Of a DNA stretch of 64,000 bases, positions 57,211 through 64,000 are shown in pieces. The notes below the pieces were generated by a model. The model was given only the letters and a program-made list of their open reading frames with translations. It searched no databases and was not told the DNA's origin. Position 1 is the first letter of the stretch; every line of letters starts with the position of its first letter. A program made the translations under genes and the position numbers. Source of the stretch: an uncultured Candidatus Saccharibacteria bacterium (GTDB lineage: Bacteria; Patescibacteriota; Minisyncoccia; Minisyncoccales; RBG-13-42-11); NCBI GenBank assembly GCA_964481125.1, contig CAYZSL010000001.1, positions 34,468-98,467 of the forward strand, given 5' to 3'.

Positions 57211-58314
57211 TTAAAGACCCAAAACATCGCTGATTTGCTTTATTAAAGAAACGACAACCGGCGGAGGAAGCAAGCTGTAAGAGGGTTCTTTGTTATCGTC
57301 TGGAACAAGCCAGGGCCTTTCTTTAACGATTGCTTTATCCCCTTTCCATTCGTAATAATATTCCGGGGTAATCTCGTAATCGTCAACAGAGCTTTCAGCG
57401 GATTTCTTAGGGACAGAATTCCTCAAAAGAATCTTGGGAATACCATAAAGAGAAAAAGCTTGGTTAATCAGTTCCCCGTCTCTTTTTAATCTGTCTTTGA
57501 TCGGCTTTATGCCGAAATCATCACCTTCTTTGCGAACCATTCTCGTTCCACTGCACTTTGGGTTATCGCAAAGCAGATAGAATTCTTTTTTCTTTGCCTC
57601 ATAGCCTATCTTGGAAGTGGGCAATAATTTAAAATTTCTTGAGGTCTGGCAATGAGGACAAACCATCCTGTATTTTATCCTTTCGTCAATCACCTTTTCC
57701 GGTACATCAAGCAAGACAAAAAAGTCGGGGTCCTCACGATAGCCGATCAAATCCCTAAAAAATAAAGCAAAGTTTATCTGATCTAAATCCCTGGGAAAGC
57801 CGTCAAGAAAAATAGTTTTTCTCTGTCTTTTTCCGATTTCTCTTTTTACCAAAGCTAATATCAATTCTGTCGGCAAAAGGGTTTTTGTACTTCTTTTTTC
57901 CAAAAAAGACATCAAATCTTTAGCTGACTGCCAGCCGCGGTAATTCTTTTCCAAAAAAGAAAAAAGCTCCTTTTTCTTTTTCGGGTCTTTCAGTTCGTTG
58001 TCGACTCCCCGGATCATATCACCTATTGAAAAATGCTCGATTCTTTCCGGATCAACAATCTCAGCGAACATTTTGGAATATGTTCCTTTGCCTGAATTTT
58101 TTTTGCCGACAAGATAAGCGACGAAAGTATTCCCCTTTCTAAAATATTCCCTTAATTTTTTTATCTCTTTTCCCGCTTTCGATTGGAAATACTTTTCTCT
58201 TTCTTTCGGATTATTCAAATCAAAAGTTGCTTTTACTTTCGGATTTTTAGTTTTAAAAATTGGAAACTGCATAATTTTTGCTGTTGGAAATAATTTTGAT
58301 ATCGCCTTGCTCAT
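57211..58314 (-). CDS. adenylate-kinase-family NMP kinase paralog with N- and C-terminal extensions
   Basis: P-loop LVGKKNSGKGTYSK, LDGFPRDLDQ, zinc-lid-like CPHC...CDNPKC; ~150 extra residues; alternative start ATG 58272. Confidence 0.7.
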   Translation of the reverse strand: MSKAISKLFPTAKIMQFPIFKTKNPKVKATFDLNNPKEREKYFQSKAGKEIKKLREYFRKGNTFVAYLVGKKNSGKGTYSKMFAEIVDPERIEHFSIGDMIRGVDNELKDPKKKKELFSFLEKNYRGWQSAKDLMSFLEKRSTKTLLPTELILALVKREIGKRQRKTIFLDGFPRDLDQINFALFFRDLIGYREDPDFFVLLDVPEKVIDERIKYRMVCPHCQTSRNFKLLPTSKIGYEAKKKEFYLLCDNPKCSGTRMVRKEGDDFGIKPIKDRLKRDGELINQAFSLYGIPKILLRNSVPKKSAESSVDDYEITPEYYYEWKGDKAIVKERPWLVPDDNKEPSYSLLPPPVVVSLIKQISDVLGL

Positions 58315-59131
58315 CCGTCCTGAATATTCTTATACCATATTTTGCCAAAGTATCCAAAGTTTCTTGATTGGGATGGCCGTATTTATTATCCTTACCAACG
58401 GAAATTACGGCAACCTCCGGAGAAACTTCTTCAACGAATTCCCGGCTGCTTGATGTTTTGCTGCCGTGATGCCCGACTTTCAAAATGTCGGATTCAATAA
58501 AAATACCTTTTTCAACCAGCTGCTTTTCAACCGATTGGAAGGCGTCGCCAGTAAACAAAAAAGAGTCATTGCCGAAAATCAATCTGGCGACAATCGAAGT
58601 GTCGTCAACTTCTTTGATTTTTTGGTCTTCCAGATTTTCAAAAGGATAAAGAATTTCTAAAACCGCTTTGCCAGCAATTACCTTTTGCCCAGACTGTGCA
58701 GTATATACTTTAGCTTCCTTAATCGCTTCCTGCCATTTTTCAAAAATAGATGTTTCCATTAAAACACCTGTCCATAAAACATTTTCCACTTCATAATTCT
58801 CCAAAACCTTAATAAGGCCAGACAAGTGGTCCTCGTGCGGATGAGTTAAGATAAGCAGATCAATCGTTCTATCCCAGAAAGGCATCTCTTCTCCCAGTTT
58901 TTCCAAAACAGCTGAGCCCGGCCCTCCGTCAATCAGAATCTGCTGATTGCCTGGCATTTCAATGAATATGGCATCTCCCTGGCCAACATCAAAGAAATTC
59001 ACTTCCAAAGAACCTTGTCTATTCAAATCAAAAACAGTCAGCCAAGCCAAAATATTAAAACAAAATAAAACCATTAGAACCACCAATATTCTGTTTTCTT
59101 TGTTCTCGCGCATTTTTCTATAGTATCTCAA
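58253..59131 (-). CDS. ComEC/Rec2-type metallo-beta-lactamase domain protein with N-terminal membrane anchor
   Basis: FFDVGQGDAIFIE, ILTHPHEDHLSG, LKVGHHGSKTSS; only the MBL module, no competence channel domain. Confidence 0.75.
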   Translation of the reverse strand: MRYYRKMRENKENRILVVLMVLFCFNILAWLTVFDLNRQGSLEVNFFDVGQGDAIFIEMPGNQQILIDGGPGSAVLEKLGEEMPFWDRTIDLLILTHPHEDHLSGLIKVLENYEVENVLWTGVLMETSIFEKWQEAIKEAKVYTAQSGQKVIAGKAVLEILYPFENLEDQKIKEVDDTSIVARLIFGNDSFLFTGDAFQSVEKQLVEKGIFIESDILKVGHHGSKTSSSREFVEEVSPEVAVISVGKDNKYGHPNQETLDTLAKYGIRIFRTDEQGDIKIISNSKNYAVSNF

Positions 59132-59206
59132 TAAAACGATAAAACAAAATCCCGTTAATCAAAACAGGATTCTGTTCAAGAAATAACGTTATCTCTCGGG
59201 AAAAAA

Positions 59207-59362
59207 TTAGGCGTTTCCCATGATTCTGAACATCTTGGTCCCGCATTTCGGGCAAGTGCCAGTCATGGCTCTTCTTTTTACTCCGCCCTTTCCTTTCATT
59301 GCTACTTCTTTTTCGTCAGATATTTCTTGTTTCTTTTTGCACTTTACACAATAACCTTCCAT
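59207..59362 (-). CDS. small zinc-ribbon protein (~51 aa)
   Basis: CVKCKKK ... CPKCGTK two CxxC pairs; ATG 59362 preferred over upstream TTG 59389. Confidence 0.55.
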   Translation of the reverse strand: MEGYCVKCKKKQEISDEKEVAMKGKGGVKRRAMTGTCPKCGTKMFRIMGNA

Positions 59363-59458
59363 AATGTTGTAAAAATGTAAATTTTTCAAAACCGACCTTT
59401 ATCCACAACTTTATTTAGCTTAATTTAAGCACAATTTTAAGTCAAGCCCCTTAAAAAA

Positions 59459-60160
59459 TTATCCCCTTACCTGACAAACTCCAAAAAAACCAGAAATTTC
59501 CTCTTTTATCGCCAAAAGAAAGTCTTGAGAATAAGGTTTTATCTTTTCAAAGTCAGGATCAATGTTTTTTTCGGGAAGAAAACTCTGTAAGAAGAACTTT
59601 TTTGCCGGACCAATCTCCTCAGCAACCTGAATAACGTCTTCTTTTTCATGGAGCGAGGGAACAACCGTCATTCTAAACTCGTAATCAAGGCCCGAGTTCT
59701 TTATTATTCCAATGCTTTCTTTAATATCCTGTAAATTTACATTAATACCGGCTGCTTTATCATATTTTCCAAAAGATGATTTAATATCCATGGCAATATA
59801 ATCAAGCAGATTGTCGTCAATCAGCTTTTTTATCATTCCAGGATTAGAACCGTTAGTATCAAGTTTAATAAGATAGCCCAGCTTTTTAATTTTTCCGATG
59901 AAGTCTATCAGCTCAATATGAATTGTCGGCTCTCCCCCGCAAATTACCACTCCTTCCAAAAGCCCTTTTCTTTTTTCCAAGAAATCAAAAAAATCTTTTT
60001 CTGAAATTCTCGGTTGCAGTTTTATTTTCTCCGGCAAAACCAATTCTGCAGAATAACAAAAAGGACAACGGAAATTGCAACCCAAAAGAAAAACAGTGGC
60101 CGCAACGCGACCAGGAAAATCAATGAGAGTAGTTTTTTGCAATCCGCCTATCTCAATCAT
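59459..60160 (-). CDS. nrdG: anaerobic ribonucleotide reductase activating protein (radical SAM)
   Basis: CNFRCPFCY cluster motif, GGEPT, 4-nt overlap with nrdD. Confidence 0.88.
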   Translation of the reverse strand: MIEIGGLQKTTLIDFPGRVAATVFLLGCNFRCPFCYSAELVLPEKIKLQPRISEKDFFDFLEKRKGLLEGVVICGGEPTIHIELIDFIGKIKKLGYLIKLDTNGSNPGMIKKLIDDNLLDYIAMDIKSSFGKYDKAAGINVNLQDIKESIGIIKNSGLDYEFRMTVVPSLHEKEDVIQVAEEIGPAKKFFLQSFLPEKNIDPDFEKIKPYSQDFLLAIKEEISGFFGVCQVRG

Positions 60161-62274
60161 TTTACTGCCACCGAATTAGGAACGCTGAATTCTTTTCTTT
60201 CTTTGAATTCTTCCTTTTTACTGGCATGCCATTGCTGAACCGGACGAATATACCCGACTATCCTTGAATAAACCTCGCACGGCTGTTTTATCGTGCATTG
60301 GGGACATTCAAAATGTTCTCCGGACAAATAACCGTGCGTAGGGCAAATTGAAAAAGTCGGAGTAAGAGTAATATAAGGCAAATGGAAATTCTTAAATATT
60401 TTCTTAATTAAGCTTTTAACGTTTTCAATGTCGTTTATTTTTTCACCGATAAACATATGGAGTACTGTCCCTCCAGTATATTTGCATTGAAGTTCATCTT
60501 GAAGTTTCAAAGCCTCAAAGAAATCTGAAGTGTAATTAACCGGTAACTGGCTACTGTTTGTATAATAGGGCTCATCTTTGCCCGCTGTAATGATATCCGG
60601 ATATTTCTCTCTGTCTATATGAGGCAAACGATAGCTGACTCCTTCGGCCGGCGTAGCTTCCAAGTTGTAAAGATTGTCAGTTTCCTTTTGATAATCCACC
60701 AGCCTGTCTCTCATAAAATCCAGAACTTCCAGAGCAAAAGTCCTGCCCTTTTGAGAGCCCATATTCTCACCGATAAAGTTCAAAAGGGATTCGTTCATAC
60801 CCACCAAACCTATGGTTGAGAAGTGATTGCCGTAATACTGATTTCTCATTTTTTTAATTCCCGCCAAATAAAACTTAGAGTAAGGATACAGTCCCTTTTC
60901 CATGAAATTCTCCAGAATCTTTCTTTTTATTTCCAGACTTTCTTTGGCTAAATCCATTACCTTGCCCAATCTTTCAAAAAACTCTTTCTTTGTCTTGGAA
61001 AGATAACCGATTTGCGGAAGGTTGATCGTCACCACTCCAATGCTTCCAGTAAGCGGATTTGAACCGAAAAGTCCCCCTCCCCTTTTTAAAAGCTCTTTAT
61101 TATCCAGTCTAAGACGGCAACACATGGCTCTAACGTCTTCCGGTTTCATGTCTGACTGGATGAAATTTGAAAAATAATTCACTCCGTATTTTGCGGTCGC
61201 TTCCCACATCGGAATCAGATTAGCATTGTCCCAGTCAAAATCCTTGGTAATGCTGATTGTCGGAATCGGGAAAGTAAAAGGCCTTCCCTTTGCGTCTCCT
61301 TCCATTAGGACTTCGTAAAATGCTTTATTAAGCATATCCATTTCCAGCTGGAATTCTCCATAAGTTTCTTTTTGGGGCATTCCTCCGATAATTACCGGCT
61401 GCTTTGCCAGGTTGGCCGGCGGCTTGATGTCCAAAGTGACATTTGTGAAAGGAGTTTGAAAACCGACCCTTGTCGGAATGGCACAGTTAAAAATAAATTC
61501 CTGCATTGACTGCTTTACCTGCTGATAACTCAGATTGTCATACTTAATGAAAGGAGCGAGCAACGTATCAAAAGAAGAAAAAGCTTGCGCGCCAGCTGAT
61601 TCTCCTTGAAGAGTGTAAAAGAAATTTACAACCTGTCCTAAAGCGGTTCTTAAATGCTTTGGTGGTTTTGATTCAACTTTTCCGAAAACTCCTCTGAAGC
61701 CCTTTTGGAGTAAATCATATAAATCCCAACCGCAGCAATAAGTTGCCAGAGAATCAAGATTATGAATATGCATTTCTCCGTTTTTGTAAGACTCTCTGAT
61801 TTCCTGCGGATAAACTTTATTCAGCCAATATTTTTTTGTCACTGCTGATTTTACATATTCATTCAAACCTTGCAGAGAATAAGCCATATTGGCGTTTTCC
61901 TTGATCTGCCAATCAAGCTCCTTTATGTATTTATCGATCATTTCAACAGATTCATCAACGATCTTTACGGCGTCCCTGATTTGCCTTCTCTGTTCTCTGT
62001 AAAGAATATAAGCTTTGGCAGTGTCTACCAAATTTTCCAAAATCAAAACCTCTTCAACAATGTCCTGGATCTGCTCAACTGCCGGAATATCCCCCTCTTT
62101 GAACCTGCGATTCAAAAAAACAAGCACCTTATCCGAAACTTTCTTTGAGATATCGCCATCGCCCTGGCTGGTGGCTGTTAACGCCTTAAAAATTGCCTTG
62201 GCAATTTTGGATTGGTCAAAATCAACAATCGTACCGTCCCTTTTTTGAATTTTTGTAATCTTATTCTGGTCCAT
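60157..62274 (-). CDS. nrdD: anaerobic ribonucleoside-triphosphate reductase (class III) with ATP-cone
   Basis: ATP-cone ITKIQKRDGTIVDFDQSKI, C-terminal CPTHGY...CPQC zinc site and glycyl-radical loop SRIVGYIRP. Confidence 0.93.
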   Translation of the reverse strand: MDQNKITKIQKRDGTIVDFDQSKIAKAIFKALTATSQGDGDISKKVSDKVLVFLNRRFKEGDIPAVEQIQDIVEEVLILENLVDTAKAYILYREQRRQIRDAVKIVDESVEMIDKYIKELDWQIKENANMAYSLQGLNEYVKSAVTKKYWLNKVYPQEIRESYKNGEMHIHNLDSLATYCCGWDLYDLLQKGFRGVFGKVESKPPKHLRTALGQVVNFFYTLQGESAGAQAFSSFDTLLAPFIKYDNLSYQQVKQSMQEFIFNCAIPTRVGFQTPFTNVTLDIKPPANLAKQPVIIGGMPQKETYGEFQLEMDMLNKAFYEVLMEGDAKGRPFTFPIPTISITKDFDWDNANLIPMWEATAKYGVNYFSNFIQSDMKPEDVRAMCCRLRLDNKELLKRGGGLFGSNPLTGSIGVVTINLPQIGYLSKTKKEFFERLGKVMDLAKESLEIKRKILENFMEKGLYPYSKFYLAGIKKMRNQYYGNHFSTIGLVGMNESLLNFIGENMGSQKGRTFALEVLDFMRDRLVDYQKETDNLYNLEATPAEGVSYRLPHIDREKYPDIITAGKDEPYYTNSSQLPVNYTSDFFEALKLQDELQCKYTGGTVLHMFIGEKINDIENVKSLIKKIFKNFHLPYITLTPTFSICPTHGYLSGEHFECPQCTIKQPCEVYSRIVGYIRPVQQWHASKKEEFKERKEFSVPNSVAVK

Positions 62275-62374
62275 TTTTAGAGAAAAAATTAGAGATTAAT
62301 ATATCTTAGCCAAAATTTAAAGAGGGGTCAAATCTTGTCAACTCCTCTTAAAAGCTCGGCTTTTCCACACCCGA

Positions 62375-62551
62375 TTATTCCTCTTTTTTTTCAATGGCTC
62401 CGTAAGGACAAATGCTTTCTCCGCCGCATTCTGCCAGCTTTTGGTTATCGATAACCTCGGCTTTGCCTTCGTCATTCATTTCTGTGCCACCCGGGCACTG
62501 GGTAACGCATAATCCGCAGCCAATGCACTTATTTTTTTCTATTGTATACAT
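62375..62551 (-). CDS. small 4Fe-4S ferredoxin (~58 aa)
   Basis: CIGCGLCVTQCP plus CGGESICPYGAI; start set to ATG 62551 to clear the upstream stop at 62583. Confidence 0.7.
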   Translation of the reverse strand: MYTIEKNKCIGCGLCVTQCPGGTEMNDEGKAEVIDNQKLAECGGESICPYGAIEKKEE

Positions 62552-62582
62552 ATATATATTAAAAAATAATGAAAAGTGACCT

Positions 62583-63026
62583 TTATTCTCCAATAATTTG
62601 TATTTGGAATTTCCTTTGTCTTGACTGGTCAAGTTCGACAAAAAAAATTCTCTGCCATTGACCCAGCTGCAGTTTTCCGTTTATCAGATTTAAAACAGCT
62701 GATACCGGCAAATGAATCGCCCGACAATGAGCATGTCCATTAACGCACTCCTCGGCACACATATTGACCGTCCTAATAGTAAAATCATTATGTCTATAAT
62801 CTCTATCCTTGCTGGCTGCCTCTCTTAGATCTCTTTTAAGGTCTTCTACAAGCAAAGGTTCGTTTTCATTAACGATAACTGTCGCTGTCGTGTGCATGCT
62901 TTGAATATTTACCAAGCCGTTTTTAATTTTGCTTTCACTGACAAAAGCTGTTACTTGGTCTGTAACGTCGATAAAATCCAGTTCCTCTTTTGTCTGAAAC
63001 TCAATTGTTTTGTTCAACGACTTCAT
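62583..63026 (-). CDS. YjbQ/UPF0047 family protein
   Basis: FIDVTDQV, IQSMHTTATVIVNENEP, GHAHCRAI, QLGQWQRIFFVELD match the YjbQ pattern. Confidence 0.8.
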   Translation of the reverse strand: MKSLNKTIEFQTKEELDFIDVTDQVTAFVSESKIKNGLVNIQSMHTTATVIVNENEPLLVEDLKRDLREAASKDRDYRHNDFTIRTVNMCAEECVNGHAHCRAIHLPVSAVLNLINGKLQLGQWQRIFFVELDQSRQRKFQIQIIGE

Positions 63027-63031
63027 TCTAA

Positions 63032-63316
63032 CTATTTGCTTGTTTTTTCTTCAATTTCTTTTTTCCCCTCTTCCAATTCCTGTAACTGCTCTGCGTCTTC
63101 CCTTAAAAGTAATGTTTCAAACTCTCCGACATGAGTTTTTTCTTCTTTAGCAATATCCAAAAGAATTTTTTTAATATCTTCTTTCTCGGTCATTGCCGCC
63201 AGCTGCTCATAAAGAGAAACAGCGTCAAGTTCGGCAATCATGCCTATTCTTAAAATCTCCTTGTCTAAATCTTCTTTTTTTACTTTTTCAAGTGAAATTG
63301 GTAATTGCGATAACAT
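63032..63316 (-). CDS. small ferritin-like (rubrerythrin/EncFtn-like) di-iron helical protein
   Basis: AELDAVSLYEQ ... DIAKEEKTHVGEFETLL: E-x-x-Y and E-E-x-x-H ligand spacing. Confidence 0.5.
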   Translation of the reverse strand: MLSQLPISLEKVKKEDLDKEILRIGMIAELDAVSLYEQLAAMTEKEDIKKILLDIAKEEKTHVGEFETLLLREDAEQLQELEEGKKEIEEKTSK

Positions 63317-63396
63317 ATTTTTAAAAAATTAATTGTTGGCGACCTTTCAAATTAATAATTCCAATTCTGCTCTAAAATAACTTAATCCAATATATT

Positions 63397-63828
63397 TTAT
63401 TCTTTCTTTGCTTTTATCAATAGGATAACACTGCCCAGTAAACCAATCAAGAAAGCTATCGGGCAGATAACAATTGCCAAAAGAAAAAAGAAAGGTTCGT
63501 CCCCCAAGCCGATTCTTTCCCAAAAGTTTGCTCCGAAAAATAAAATTAAAAGACCATAAACTAGATTATGCAAAATTACACTGACAACCATTACTAATGG
63601 AGAAATGCCTGTCAGCAGCAAAAACTTTTTAAGCTTTCCACCAACTTTCTTTTTGAAGGTAAAAACTATCAAAATAATGCTCAGTAGAAAAAATATCAGA
63701 AAAGAAATCAAAAAAAGAATAGGTTTCAAATAACTGTTGAACGATTGCCCAAAAAACTGAAAACCGGCCACAACGTACAGGAAAACGACCATTAATGCTC
63801 CGAGTATTACGGCAAAAGTCTTTTTCAT
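63397..63828 (-). CDS. hypothetical 4-TM membrane protein
   Basis: Four hydrophobic helices; no family recognised. Confidence 0.55.
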   Translation of the reverse strand: MKKTFAVILGALMVVFLYVVAGFQFFGQSFNSYLKPILFLISFLIFFLLSIILIVFTFKKKVGGKLKKFLLLTGISPLVMVVSVILHNLVYGLLILFFGANFWERIGLGDEPFFFLLAIVICPIAFLIGLLGSVILLIKAKKE

Positions 63829-63829
63829 A

Positions 63830-64000
63830 TTAATTGTCTGAAAGTTTTCTTGTCTTCTTAAGCAAAACAGAACTCAAAACGAAGGCAATGGTGAAAAATA
63901 TCGCTCCGTAAAAACAGGCAGAAAGAAACGGATTCGCGCCGAGAATAGCGCAGCCCGTAGTACAAGAACGGCTGTTTAACCAATCAATTAGCTCCCTTGT
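63830..64000 (-). CDS. C-terminal fragment of a membrane protein (5' end outside window)
   Basis: Hand translation ...SCTTGCAILGANPFLSACFYGAIFFTIAFVLSSVLLKKTRKLSDN, stop at 63830-63832, frame open to window edge. Confidence 0.35.
   Translation of the reverse strand, partial: TRELIDWLNSRSCTTGCAILGANPFLSACFYGAIFFTIAFVLSSVLLKKTRKLSDN

Overview
This is an AT-rich, very gene-dense window. Almost all genes are on the minus strand, and many overlap by 4-35 nt. It reads like core chromosome of a small-genome Patescibacteria/CPR-type bacterium using the standard genetic code; that lineage call is an inference from gene content.

Core content:
- The str-S10-spc-alpha ribosomal superoperon runs from rpsL at 53860 down to rpsI at 29716. 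It includes a 38-codon rpmJ that is missing from the ORF track.
- Other core genes are secE-nusG-rplK, gyrB, pheST, gatCA and a separate gatB, two mreB paralogs, proS, alaS, the 3' part of thrS, miaB-miaA, rseP, frr and holB.
- A thymidylate/one-carbon block contains dcd, a double-length ThyX-like gene, an HD hydrolase, glyA, folD and a deoC-like gene.
- nrdDG sits with small redox proteins.
- There are four tRNAs: Asp-GTC, Met-CAT, an atypical initiator-like CAT, and Pro-GGG.

No rRNA, CRISPR array, transposase or integrase was seen.

Non-core material is small:
- At 54.9-57.2 kb, a TrmB-type regulator lies divergent from two orphan proteins driven by a perfect TTGACA-17-TATAAT promoter. Next to them is a promoter-to-terminator locus encoding a ~159-nt rod-shaped RNA. 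This is the best candidate for something undescribed.
- A second promoter-to-terminator mini-locus lies at 29.6 kb, beside a solitary Cas4-like nuclease.
- A long adenylate-kinase-like paralog overlaps a ComEC-type MBL protein upstream of nrdDG.

Other notable points:
- RpoA lacks the alpha-CTD.
- rplA is absent after rplK and rpmD is absent between rpsE and rplO.
- AlaRS, ProRS, PheT and MiaB are all domain-minimised.
- A terminator/antiterminator-like leader lies between rpsJ and rplC.

All calls come from reading the sequence and recalling family motifs. No searches or folding programs were run.
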